Made by a program: the position numbers and the translations under genes. A stretch of DNA of 64,000 nt from Marsupella aquatica (taxonomy: Eukaryota; Plantae; Marchantiophyta): NCBI GenBank assembly GCA_973895155.1, contig OZ316898.1, positions 18,921,292 through 18,985,291 of the forward strand, in the 5' to 3' direction. Positions 39,948 through 61,500 of this stretch are shown here, piece by piece; the first letter of the stretch is position 1, and every line of letters starts with the position of its first letter. The notes beneath the pieces were generated by a model. That model searched no databases and was not told the origin of the DNA. It was given only the letters and a program-made list of their open reading frames with translations.

Positions 39948-40303
39948 AAAAGGCGTAAGAGAAACAATCGTACTGAAATAGAATCAAAAACCGGCAGGAT
40001 GCTAAGATCAGCCGGGAGCATCTAACAAATCATTGTGTGAATCCCGTGTACGGAACCGACGAGCACTGTCTGAGCTCTGTCAACAGCAATTCAAGAAGAA
40101 CTAAAAACCAACAAAGAAAGACGTGCCCTAAGTAAACAAAGTCCTGGCGTCACACTAACAAGCGTGTTTGCTTCAAGAACGCCTGGATTTTGCTATAAGA
40201 ACATGTCGCTAACTCAAGTAGTACACTAGCCCTAACTACATACCTAACGGGCATGCGAGGGACATGCCGATGTGCATAAGAGGCACTGTCCCTTGGCATG
40301 ACA
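39946..40303 (-). repeat. Terminal repeat A1 (358 bp), element 5' end TGTCATG
   Basis: Matches 30395-30752. Confidence 0.95.
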
Positions 40304-43300
40304 AGGAAGAATATGCATAGAAAGGAAGTTGCATTCAAGGGTTTAGTAGCAGGGAGAATGGGATACCTAATTCAAAGACTGCTACAGGTCAAGTACAAGA
40401 CCAGCATAATTGGTAAACAAAACCTGGAGAAGAATCAACCTGGACTAATAACTCAGCTTGCCCATGTGATACCCACTCATCAAGGGAGAATTGAAGCGAT
40501 CCAGCCTAAGGCAATCACGGGGCAAGTGATAATCCAAGAATAGCAAAATAACGGAAGTAAGAAACAAAGCAGGGTCCGGGTCAGGGAAAGAGCTACTAGG
40601 AAGAAACAAAGGATTTGTCCTCATTTGTCCCTTGTTCCACCCTTCTTGGCTTTAGTTGTTGAAGGGGGGAGGGGTGCAACTACAAATTACCTTTTAACCC
40701 AGCCTAATCTAGATATGTCTGTTCATACTATTGTGACCAAACTTTTTAAAGCATAGAAAGGAAAGTTTTTACTACACAAAATAAAGAATGTCCTTATTGT
40801 GTACCCCTTATAAAGTAAAATAGTGTGTCCAAACTTCAAAGAATATTCTTTTCCATATAATATGGGTAACTTAACAAATTTAGGCCAGGATCAGCCTGGT
40901 ATCCTTCAAGATACAGTAATCTAACACCCTGAATGCTGAATTTTATGTTACTTTCCCTCCTCCTATTGTGGTATTGTTGGTCACACACATTTTTCAAAAC
41001 ATGGCCCATAGTAGACCCAAGAATAAACCCCTTTGCTCCTTGCATGAGTGGCCTGGACTCCTTATTGGGTATGCTTGGTTTAAAAAAGATCCCAACTACT
41101 AAAATGGCATTATGTCAATTTTTTAATGTTATACATATATGATGTACTCAGGGGGTCTCACTATATGGATGTCTCCCCATCCCCTGCGACGTTTTTAGGC
41201 CTTGGACACCCTAAAATGTAAGAAAAAATATTTAATTTTCAACCCCTATAAAGTTGGAATATTCAAGAATATTCCAAAAATTTGGTGTGGAAGTGAAACC
41301 CCCGAGATGATGTATATATCATAATTAAAGTTGTGCATCATGCCTGGGGTTGAATCCTAGAGTAACCACTATAGGGATGACCAGGTTGAAGCAGGTCAAG
41401 TGTGAAGCATTACTTTTATGTCTTTTCTGATTACAGTGCAGTCCAAAACTATTTTATCTGGATTCCATTTTTTTAGCTAAAAGTCAAGGTATACATTGAT
41501 AAGTAGATATTACATCAGGATGCTGAGAATATTTTAAAATATGCTTTTGAAAGACTACTTTAGTAGCTCTATGTTGGGCCGTGATACTCTTCCCAGATGC
41601 TTCCTCTAGATGGACCCACAATTTTTGAGAAGTAATGGGTCGTGTTCAAATGTTGAATTGAACTTGAAACACTATCTTTCCTTTGTATGCATGATCAATT
41701 TTGTTGGGTCCTTAAATCTGCTAGGCCCATCTGAGTTGCATGGTTACACATTGTGGGTGATCCATGTAACAAACAGTCTACTTAGACTAGGCAGCAAATG
41801 CAGGGACATGAAAGCACACTCAATCACATGGTGCACAAATAATACATAACCGATGGAGAAATTTCTGAAAGATCCATACTATATGAGAGTACATGCAAAG
41901 AATGAGGGAGAGAACTCACTCCAACCTACCAAACTAACTACACTAGTGAACTCTCAAGTGAATTCCTAACTATCCAAGCATCCTTTTTAGTTTAAAGGGG
42001 ATGGAAGAACACCTCAAAATACAAATGGATTGGCTATCATATCTCACTAGCATATGATATATTGTAGTGTCTCCCACTGAACAATGGGCCCTGTTTTAAG
42101 ACTTTTTTGAGTACAGAATGATAGTTCACTTTCACAGCTGCTGTCTAATGAGTCCTAACCAGGCCTCTTTCAAAACTTGGTGTAGGTTGTACATTTCCAA
42201 CATATGTATCTCCCACGAGGTGGACTAGGTAGTCTCTAACATACTTTTTTGGATATAGCCTATGTTATAGTTATGTTGTACTTGGCAAAAACTGGGTCTT
42301 CACAGGTTTGTTTCCAATGCAAAATTGATTGCCTCTTCATTCTAACTACACTCAAGGATCTGCTAAAACTATCGTAGTTTTTAGTCTACATCTACATCAG
42401 TGAGCCTAACTCGAGTCCGATGTAGTACAAAAGTGGCAACTACACATTTGTTTTTAAGGTAACATAAAATGTGAAAATATCGTTGCAAAAACAGTGGGAC
42501 AGTGGGGGTGCTCTTACAAAGGTAAAGTACTGCCATATTTTTTTTCTGAGATCTGGGGCTCTCACCTGCACAGTAGTAATGGTGCTTGTCATCCAGCCAG
42601 ATCTCACCAAGTAGTGGAGGTTCCTCTGGATTCTGAACTTGTTCGTGTCATTGGGATTAAGGTGTAGTACTCGATATGTCCGAGCTCAATATCATTCGTA
42701 TTCGCAGATTGGTGATTTGATTCGGGATTACTTCCAATTCGTAACACTGAAATCCGTAAAAAGTGACAATTCTCACTTCCCGTCCACCCTTACTCGAGGG
42801 GCTCAAAAAGAATCGAGAAACTTTGGTACCAGCCGTTTTTCATTTCATTCGCCGTTCAAACAAATCAGGAAAGATCATGTCGGTGCGTGTGGCGGATAGC
42901 GAGCAATACTGTGATTTCTCCCTTTTTTGTCTGTCCACTGTTTAGATCTATTTGGATGGGTGTGGAGTGCCCCTTCGCACTTATTGGAGATTGACACAGT
43001 CTGAAACAACATCAACAATAAATGTCTGGAGAATGGGACAGGAAAAAAGTGAGCGCAATTACAAAATTCGGCAGCGTTAAGCCTGAGCGCCCGTGAATTG
43101 TCAAGATCAAATTGCAGCCCTCGTTTGCAAAGCCAGCAAGAATGTGGGTGAGATCAATCTCAAGTTTCTGATTCGAAACTATTTAGACTTTGGTTTGAAG
43201 TTGGCTAAGGCTAATTCCTGCGGATGAATGTGTGTCAATCTCAAGAGACGAAAGATGTGTTTTAATTCAACATCATTACTATTGAGCTTTCGTTCTACTG

Positions 43301-43917
43301 ATTATCCATAAGATCCAATTCGACTAAAAAGTATGAAAACTTTTGGTTCTTTGAATGGTCTCCTTTGTAATGGCCATTTTCTCCACTGTGTCTGGGAGGG
43401 TCAGATGTGGAATGCCGCACATGCTTTCCCCTTTTACTACATAGTTGGAGTTGTGTCACCCTACCTTATATGATCCCTTAGAGGAACCAGAGGCAAAAGA
43501 CTGGAGCGAGCGAAAATCAAGTCCAAAGAAACAAAAGAGATAATTTAATCGGGAGTGCTACTCCGTCCCCGAGTCATTTTGTGAAACTTGAACAGACCAC
43601 AACCCGATACTCCTCATAAAGGGATAGTTTTGTAAAAGCTGGTCCTACATTTCATATACGCCTTCACTATGTCCAGAAAGGATGTGATAACAATCACTGA
43701 TCAAAAGCTACGTGATGTTACCGAGGAGTACTATTGTGACCGAAGTGTACAGTACTTACAAACTAGGCTGTGCAGTATCATCTTCACTTCCATTACTAGT
43801 GTAATTTATGTCAGATCGATGCCGTGACTTGTATTGCTTGCCTATATTCTATTGTTAATCTGATGTTATGCGTATCCTAGAATGGAGTTTAATATCTATT
43901 ATACCGATTTCAGTAAC

Positions 43918-47732
<3,815 letters not shown>

Positions 47733-48565
47733 TCAGACACCCAGAATTGATTCTTATAGACCTCGGATGTTCGCCTCAGAGGCAACTCATGCCGCCCTTC
47801 GCATCAGACGTGGAGGGTCGAGCTCGCTCGATCGAATCGAGCTACGAACGCAATGCGAAAACGGACTTTGTGGGGCGACTTTCTCGTTTCATCTCGCTTT
47901 TTCATTTCTCTCCGCCAAACGAACGAAAGAAGAAGAAAAAGAAGGCGACAAAAGCACCGAAAAGAAACGAACACGATAAAGAAATTAAAGAACACGACGG
48001 CTGAGATAAAGATTGGCACCAGACGAAGCGCACGTGTCGGAAAGAAAGAGCAGCATACGCATCCTCGGGCACCCACCGCCTGCCCGCGGGCAGAGAAAAA
48101 CGAATGTGTGGGAAAGAAGCAAACCAAAGGAGTGGATGATAAGATAACGGAGTGATCTGCAGTCATTAGTGTGTGCAGGGTGGGGATGCTAGGGTGTGTC
48201 AAAAATGCTCTCGGTTTGGATGAGATGAAGTGGTAACTCCACATCAAAATATTATGACATATAAGTGTACCACATCACTCCATAAATCTTGTTATTTTCT
48301 TTAAACCACACCTGCCACTATAATAGCCTCATTCCATGTCTCATTACTCACCATAAAAGGTGGAACACTCGCACATTTTGTGGAGTACTTGCCAAAAAAA
48401 AGTTTTACAATCAACACCTTTTGTGGAGCTCAAAATCCATTTCTGAATTTGTACTCTGTAAAATGAGAACTATGGGTTACTCATAACCCTTTATAGGGGC
48501 AGGTGTGATTTAAATCAATGAGTACACACCATATATTATCACATTTTGATATGTGATTATCCTTT

Positions 48566-48842
48566 GAGTAAAGGTTGCAGGTCACCCTTGCCCTACCTTG
48601 CAAGAGAAAGTTGTCTGCAGGATGTTTCCACAGCCCGTTTGGTCGCGATCATGTTGGAGTTGACAGAAAAACAAGTCCCATCACGTGTAATGATATGATT
48701 AAGGACCTTCGGTATCCCTTAAACCACCACTGGCCATATAAAAGGAGACTCCAGCATGATCGCGACCAAACGGGCTGTGGAAACATCCTGCAGACAACTT
48801 TCTCTTGCAAGGTAGGGCAAGGGTGACCTGCAACCTTTACTC
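48566..48842. repeat. Near-perfect inverted repeat: 95 bp arms, 87 bp spacer
   Basis: 48566-48660 is the reverse complement of 48748-48842 with one mismatch. Confidence 0.95.
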
Positions 48843-51800
48843 GACCGAACGTGCTGTGGAAACATCCAAAACGGGCTGTGGAAACATCCAAAACGATCGC
48901 GACCAAACGATCATGTTGGAGTTGACAGAACTCCAAGACTTCTCCCTCTTTCACATTCTTGTCCTCTAGGGTGAAAATTCATTCCAAAAAATTTAAGAAA
49001 AATATACTAAAATGGTGAACTTTGGTGTATCCAGGTTTTATCATGGACATTGGTGTCTTAATTAGATGTTATCTGTGGGAAAATGACTAACATGTCAGAT
49101 TATAAGTAGAACAGTGACTTTAACCCCAAATGACCTTCACCTCACAAGTAATTGCAGGGTCGAAGCTCATACCCCACTCTTAGTTCTCCGTAAATGACAC
49201 CCACATCTGTACTTATGACACTCTAGAGTATCCCCTTGTGAAGTCTTACAGGTGTGACATTGGCACCCCCTAGGACTAAACCTTTCACCCCCAGTAAAGG
49301 TGTCCAGCCTCCTCCAAACCAGGTGGATTCTAAAAAGCCCTAAAGACTACCCTGGGGAGAGTCTGTCCAGAGTGTTCCTCCTCACCTTTGTTATTCCACT
49401 CCAAGCAAGAAAATCAAATATCAGGTGGGTCCATTCTGGATTGCTTGTTGTTTCCATCTTTGAATACAAGGTCTTTCCAAGGGAAAAAAGACAACAGTAT
49501 GTCTCCTGATAATTATGTATGTGCCGGATGTACACTGTGCTCACATCTGAGCCGTTATTTTGTGATATGTAGACACGTAGACCTCTGCCCAACATTATGC
49601 AGAGTGGGGTTTCCTTTGCTTGCAAGCCAATCAATGCGGTACAATTGGGTGGCTTGAGAGACGTCAGTGCTGCGTAAGGGGCAATGGTGGGACCTTGTGG
49701 GGATCAAAGGTCCGCCCCCAAAGCAGGAACAGTGGGCAGTGGTGGGCGTATAATTATAATTGCACATAAAAAAATAGCAACATATGGTGTCATATGTTTC
49801 GTGACAGGAGTCAGAGTTGAATGGATTTTCTTTACTCATTATTTTTTATTACATTGTTTTTGTTTGTGAGTTAAACAAATTAACCTAGGTTAGCTTTTTC
49901 ACATCCGCTCCCAGTCCTGTTGTTGGATAGCTTGGGTCTCCCTCAAGGTGACCGACCACCCTAAGCAAGACAAGAGTAGAGACTATGCATATGGACAAGG
50001 CTGACCCTTGACAAAGGCTGTGTCTAGAACGGGAGGACAAAACCACCCAACCCACCTCTCCATCAATTAGTCCAAGGGTGGTTAAAGTCACCTTGAGGAA
50101 AACCCAGGTCATTTGATTGCAAACCTGGGAGCAATGACATTCACTGGATGTGAAGAAACTAGTCCAGATGAATTTTATTAACACATCGAACCAAAACAAT
50201 AACATTATGATAAATAGAAAAAAATCAATGACAAGGCAATATTCTGTCCAAAAAGAGTGACAATCCAATGAATCCCATATACCATTATGAGAGTCCTGGG
50301 CATCTGCATGATGATAATTAACATTCAGGGCTACAAGTCCCTGGAAAGTTATTTATGACTTTCCACACTCGCTGTCCGCCAGATGCTGCCCAAAGTTCGA
50401 ACGTCAAGAACTGGCTAAAACCCGGGAAAGAATAGGTGTTTTCATCCAGCAGGCCCTGGCCTGGTTGTAGACTACTCTGGTTGGGAGACGGAGGTTGCAA
50501 GTTTGAATCCCTGCAGGCGCCCTCCCACCACGCCCCCCCCTGGCCCCTCTGCCCGATAGAGCATACTGCAATATAAGTACCGTACAGATAACTAGGTCAA
50601 CACAAAAACTAATAAATTATTGGAAATCTCAGTCCTGCCCTGTTGGAACTTTTAGGTGACATTTGTGACAAATTGTGAGAAATAATCTAAACAATCTGAT
50701 ATAAAACACTGAACCATCAGTATATCGGGAGTAAAGTTATGAAATTATTTATGGCATTATCCTATAATCTGAAATGGAAAATATCAACTTTTCGCTCAGT
50801 AGTCCCTACTCTACTATCATTGAGGGGCCCGCACGTGCCCTCCCATTGTTGCCCTAACTTTTTCTTGGCATTATTATAGCGAGAGGAAACAGGGCATTAC
50901 TCTAATTATGCACGATGCCAAAATGTCTTTCTCGGACTTTACTGTCTTCCCAGAAGTTTACTTGTTGAGACCCTACCCAAATCTAGTCTCCTTGGTGGGA
51001 CAAAACTTTCAACAAAGTTGGGTGAGAATCTTACTCGATCGTTTTGGGGGCAGATGTTCTGCTGTAGTGTTGAGGGTGGTTGAGGGTGCACCCAAGAAAC
51101 CTAGTTTGGGCAGGCCTTGTGTTGGATGCTGTTTCTGGCTCCAGTCGCGGGGTACCAAGTTGAGTCAGGCTTGGCTCCCACAACTCTTCATTTTTCTCTT
51201 TGCCGTCCTTGCCTAGTCCCAACACTGCGCTAAGTTGGGCACCCTAAATGTCAACGGCTCCCGGTAACTGCACATCAAAATATGACATATGTGGTGTACA
51301 ATATCTCTCTATACCATGATAAAAATGTTGTTATTTCATTTAAATCAATGAGTGCAGAGTGTATATTTTCACATTTTGATGTGTGATTACTGGCAGGGAA
51401 TGTCAACCCTCTCTTGTGTAACTTCTCACCCTTGCTTCTCAGTGAGGCCAGCCGACTGTTGAAACAAATACCAGAACTCTCTTGCATTTCTCACCCTCAT
51501 TTCTTACCCTGTTAGACATCATTTCTCTCTCTTTGCCATACAGGTGAATGAATGGTAGTGTACTTAAATTATTGTTTTTATTATTATTTATATAATTATA
51601 TAATACACTTTCCAAACAAACTCACCTGTACCAATACTCCTCACGTCCATAGCTATTCACAAGAACAATCTAAATGTCAAAATTTTATGTTACTGGAGAA
51701 ATTGTAACCTTGGGTTAGCCAGGGCCTTCACTTATGGAGTATATGCTTAGAGAGAGACAACACTAGTATCATACACTAATATACATCATGATCTTTACAT

Positions 51801-53019
51801 ATCACACTGCCAAATAACAAACAGCCAGGTGGATATAGGACCCCAAAGGCAAGAAACCGGCGACAAATTAAAAACTCCAGAAAAAAACAAAAAAAACCCC
51901 CACAAAGTAACAGACTAAATTAAATTAAAATCCTACTGGGCAGCAAATTGACCCATGTGAAAATAGGGTTATCTTGATGTCCACCACACAAAATAATCAG
52001 ATAACGCCATGACTATAAACGTTCCTAACTGAATATTCGTCAGATGTAATGTCCAGAGGTACCCAATGAATCTAAGCAATCGACGGTTTGCAGGAGACTC
52101 TTTCATGCCGATCTTTCGCCGGATCTAGATGATCGTGGGTGCTAAACCCTTGTGGGAGGTACACGTATCACTAGTAAAATGCAGGCGATTGGATTCTTTT
52201 GAGGGGGCGATGGCTGTGGGGGCGCCAGGTATCATTCTTTGCACTAACTTGTCGGGTGAGTGAAGCGCCCGCACGCAAGGGGCTCTTTTTTCCCCGCCCA
52301 CAAGAATGACGGCCCGTTGAATTAATTTGCACCACATTAGATCTTGCTTCACAATAATTGTCTTGCCTATCTTTTTGTTCTTGCCCCAGTCTTTTCCTCT
52401 TGGACCATTGAGTGTGTGAGTGACATGAGTTACACTGTTTCTTTCCGGTGCTGTCTCTTTCCAAGAAGCTCACTATTTATATTCCAAGCAATGTATATAT
52501 GGGAAATTATAAACGTACTTGTATGGAGAGTAATGCTCGGATGGACCACCCCCTTGAACCTTGCAACCTGGATGGACCAAGTTTCTTTTGACTAAAAAGG
52601 TTTCTGTGGATTGTGGTGGTCCATCTGGGCGATTTGTCAAACCTTCAGGTCCGTGGTTCAAGTTACCACAATCACACAAATATCCTTAAATTTTAAAATT
52701 CAGGTATGGATGGGTATTCTTTGTGGTCTGATATATTAATCCCTTTCAACCCAATCAGGACACTTAAAGTTGGGGGAGGGGGGACTTCACAAGAAGCAGA
52801 ATACAACAAGTGAGCGACCCCTTCCAAAATTTTGCTGTTATATTTCATCACAACTGGTCATATCAAGTGATTGGTCTACTTTATAGCTTTACTTGAAAGG
52901 CCACTTGTATTGCACTTCTCCCAATGCTACATAGAGTCAAGTGGGATCCCCCAAAATTCTTATGTGGACAGTTTAGTTTCGGCCAAAGTTCGGACCACCA
53001 TTAGAGGCGTTATTTTGAA

Positions 53020-54133
53020 TGCCTCTGTGTCTTTTTTCATGTTGTCACACAATATTAAAGGCCTAACATAAAGGACCTGTCGACTTTTGTACTCCTCTTC
53101 TTCAAAGTCCGAAAAACGAACGAAAGAGATTTTTTAATCTAAGCAAATAGATTATCAAAATATTCTTTAACCAGGATAATACAGGCTCCTTGAATTTTGA
53201 GCCCTTCCATACATCGGCTAAGTTTTTCAGGTGAGCTATTGACACACTAAACCCAGCCCTTTAGGGGTGTGGGTGTTTCTCAAATGGTCTGTGGATCCAG
53301 GATTGGCAATATCATTTTGTGATTGCATTCATGAGTAAAGTCTTATATCTAGTAATTGCATCATGACATTGGGACTTAGATGGTGGTTGGGGTTCAAGAA
53401 ATTCGAAAATGATGTTTCATATACATGAGCGGCTCTGTATGTAAAATGAGTACAATGGGGTACCCTTGGAAATTCCCTGAAACATGAAATGCTCTATTCA
53501 GACAGCAACACTAACTCTTATTTCACCGAATTCTTTAATGTATAACTCTACTGTAGTTCTAGATTGAACCCACAAGTGCGGACCCTGGTTTGCCATGAAA
53601 CCAAGAATGTAGAGTTATACACTAAAGAATATGTCTGCAAGTCTAACCAGACGTTTGCTGTTGGGCTCAGGGGACTATTGGAGGGCTTTCTCAAATATGA
53701 GACATGGTGGTCCTTTAGTGAACCCCACAATTCAAAAAGTGTTTCCTGAGAAGTGGGCTGGTATTTTAAATGACCTCTGTGTCTTTTCTCATGTTGTCAC
53801 GCAATATTAAAGGCCTAACATAACGGACCTCTTCCTGTAAAGTCCAACAAAAGAACGAAATAGATTTTTGTAAGCTAAGCAAATAGATTATCAAGATATT
53901 CTTTAACCAGCATAAGATAGGTTCCTTGAATTTTGAGCCCTTCCATAGGTCGGCTAAGTTTTTCAGGTGAGCTATTGACACTACTTTCTCTTCCCAGGTC
54001 TTCAGGAATGACAATGTGCTGACGAATACTTTTGGGCTCAGACGACTATTGCAGGGCTTTCTCAAATATCAGACATGGTGGTCCTTTAGTGAAACCCACA
54101 ACTCGAAAAGTGTTTCCTGAGAAGTGGGCTGGT
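53020..54133. repeat. Two interleaved local duplications
   Basis: ~53020-53245 matches ~53772-53981, and ~53660-53763 matches ~54030-54133. Confidence 0.85.
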
Positions 54134-55865
54134 ACTTGGATTTTTGCGGGTAGCTTCAATTGGTGCCCCTAGCTCATTCCAAACTAGTTCTGTATACCCT
54201 AACCCAGTTTTTGAGTTATCCGAGTGTTATCTCACTAGTTCTCCATAGGAGCAATCTATCGGTAGAATGATGATATCTTCATCCCACTCGTTCTGAAATC
54301 TCCATGTATGAAGTTATTTCGTTAGTTTCTCGCTCAACTTGATGAAGTCTACATTCCACAGAAACCCCCCCTACCCCACCTGAACATAGTTCATTATTTT
54401 TAAGAATCACCTAACAACAATTTGAGATTACAACGAAAGGCTAGGAAGTGAGAGCTTTAAGGTACAATCAAGGCTAGGAAGCGAGAGTTTTAGGGCACAG
54501 TCAAAGGTGATAGAAAGTGAGTGTGAGAGCTTGCAAGGTAAGTTTATGATCATCCCCACACTCGAAGAGCAACAGGACTAGCATAGAGAGGCAATTGAGG
54601 TCTGAACCGGCTAATTAGGAGCAGGGCCCCTTTTATTGTGTATTCGTGGTATACTGGGTCATGCTCTACTCCCTCGACGGGAAGTGCAACCGTGATTTAA
54701 GCAGACTCTCTGGGTCATGTCCTCATCCCTCCAGAAGAGACGTTACTTTGCAGCCAGCAATGGTCCTAGAATTCCCAGATCATTAAACTTCGACCAGAAG
54801 CTTAATAACAGAAAATCCAGGCAGCAGGTAACAGGGTTAGAACTTTCTTCGAAAACATATCAGTACCACAAGGTAAGATGCCAAATGTATCCATCAATTC
54901 CCAGATTTGCTCCGTTCTAATCACATCATTGCTCAATTCACTAAACCTCCAAACTATCACGGCTAACTCTAGGGAAAAATGAAGTCCAATGTATCGAGGA
55001 ATGACTACGTTTCTCACATCATGTTCCCAGTGGAAAGATACAAAACCTCACTTCCAAAGGGTCCTGACCGGGCGCAAGTCGCCATACACAGACTAGAGCT
55101 GCTCTCATGGAGTGGACAGCGAGAAGTGCCCTGGTCCCCACAAGTGAGTCCAACAATGTGTGCATATCTCAATGAGTCCAATATCGAAGGTAGGAAGGCA
55201 ATTCCCAAACGAAATTGAGGACACGCATATCTGTGCGACCTACAGACCACGTCTTGCTAGCTAACCAGAACTTTATTATATCCAGGAAAAGGATGGGCCT
55301 CAATACCGATGAATTTAATGCTTGAATTGCAAACTGCCACTAATAAGAGTCACCCGTCAGATGTCTACTTACGAGTAGAATGGCCCAGTAAAATTTCGCA
55401 TACACAACTAGATGTGTGCAACAATGCATCTATTGCCATGGGATCAGAAGCCTAAAGTGGGCAGTTGATTGATCAAGCTGCTATGAGCACGGGTTCCACC
55501 AAAATCTGTAAATACGAGAATAGACCAGATGTTTTAGTTTACAAGTCTGCCTGATAAAAGCCCCTACTTCACCTTATCTACTATTAACCCACCCGCTTCC
55601 AGCCCCGCTATAGATATCCTAAGGTAACGAATTCCCCAAGAAAAATGTCTAAGAATAATGTCCCTCGAATGTCATACAAGTCTATCGGGAAATGTCAAAA
55701 ATTCGCGAGATCAGCAGTCCCGTTTCGTGTTGTTTATACAAGGGAGTTCAATCACTCGTCCCACTAGGGAACCCCTTAAGCTAGTGATTGTCACGGATTT
55801 CATCATATCCAACGCCACCGGCTGGAAACTTCTGGCTCACCAGACATCTATCTGGAATCGTTAGT

Positions 55866-60277
<4,412 letters not shown>

Positions 60278-60724
60278 GCTCCAATGGTGCTCCCGTATTC
60301 CTCAATCGCGCGCCCCAAAGGCAGGCAGGAGGCGCTGATTCTCTCCTCTGCCCACCAAACCGACGAAAAGCAGAGTTTCGAGAGAGACACAGAGGCAGAG
60401 AAGCGATGAGACGCAGAAGATAACACACGACCCCAGAGAAAGGAGCTCGCACCGCCAGCCTCACGAATGAGTGGCAGCGGGCATCGCTCCAAGAATCCTC
60501 ACCCTTCCTTCCTCTAACCTCTAAACCCTCCTCGCATCCATCCTTTCTCTGTCGCGCTCGGCCTCCATGCGCCCGACTCGACTCCTCGACTCTTCTCGAG
60601 TACTTTTACTAAGCTTTTCCAGCGCTCTAGTCTTTTCGGCGCTCTGGACCGAAAAGGCGAAAAGGCGACGAAGCTACAGTGGTGCTACTAGTGTGATCCT
60701 CGGGGGGAACGACGACCCCACGAA

Positions 60725-60745
60725 TTAGGGTTTTAGTTAGGGTTT
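60725..60745 (-). promoter_or_regulatory. Two telo-boxes (AAACCCTAA) upstream of the helicase
   Basis: ttagggttt at 60725-60733 and 60737-60745, about 450 bp upstream of the ATG. Confidence 0.55.
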
Positions 60746-60759
60746 TGGTGGAATAGTGC

Positions 60760-61156
60760 GGTGGGGGTTCCATGAACATAACCGCCCGTCGGGCTTCCAC
60801 GTCCCTTCAGTTCTTCTCCTTCTCTCGCGGTTCCATGGGGATGTCTCTGAGGGCCTCTGAGGGCAAGCGGTCCCAGGCTTGCCACATCATGAATGAATGA
60901 AATGAATAATAATATAATAATAACATTTACTAAAATGTACAAATGATCAATGGGGTTCCAAGCACTTGACCATCCTTCGGGCCTCCACATCCTTTCAGTT
61001 CTTCTTCTTCTCTCACGGTTCCATGGGATGCATGTCTTCAAGGGCAGGTGGCCCCTGGTTTACATGTCTAATAATAATAATAATAATAGTATGCCCTATA
61101 CTATCATTTGCAATGGAGATGGGGTTCCATGGACCTAAACCAGGGGTTTGCCACAG

Positions 61157-61188
<32 letters not shown>

Positions 61189-61500
61189 TGCAATCTGAGT
61201 GGGATTTCATGAACCTAACACCCCTGGGACATCCATTTCCGTTCAGTTCTTCTTCTTCTGTCATGCTTCCATGGGATGCATATCTATGACAGCAGGCCGT
61301 CCAGGGTTTGTGACGTGGATAATAATTATAATAACTTATACTGGTATTTGCAACAAAAATGGGGTTCCCTGGACCTCTCTGCCCATGGGTCAGCGTTCCA
61401 TGTCCCTTCAGTTCTTCTTCTCTTGCAGTTCCATGGGATGCATGGCTCCCAGGGACAGCGGTCCAAAGCTTGAGACATAAAAAATAATAACATATCCTAT
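60760..61500. repeat. Tandem array of four ~190-250 bp degenerate units with embedded (AAT)n
   Basis: Each unit has tggg.tt.ca/cc...ttcagttcttct...ttccatggg.tg followed by an aataat run. Confidence 0.85.

Larger units (their letters stand above)
30222..40303 (-). mobile_element. Decayed Ty3/Gypsy-type retrotransposon encoding a C5 DNA methyltransferase and a PHD finger, with split direct repeats (A1-internal-B1-5bp-A2-B2)
   Basis: Domain order Gag-PR-DNMT-RT-RH-IN-PHD, with RT-RH-IN order being Gypsy type. Repeat A (358 bp) lies at 39946-40303 and 30395-30752. Repeat B (173 bp) lies at 30758-30930 and 30222-30394. Confidence 0.93.

Noticed and set aside
30222-40303. Classifying the element as DIRS/PAT/Ngaro because of its split repeats
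   Set aside because: No tyrosine recombinase ORF is visible on either strand. It has a protease and an HHCC+DDE integrase in Gypsy order, and its methylase is C5-type, not the Dam-like type of DIRS.
60760-61500. CRISPR-like array (also considered for 38930-39465)
   Set aside because: The repeats are degenerate, the spacers are homologous or microsatellite, there are no cas genes and the context is eukaryotic.
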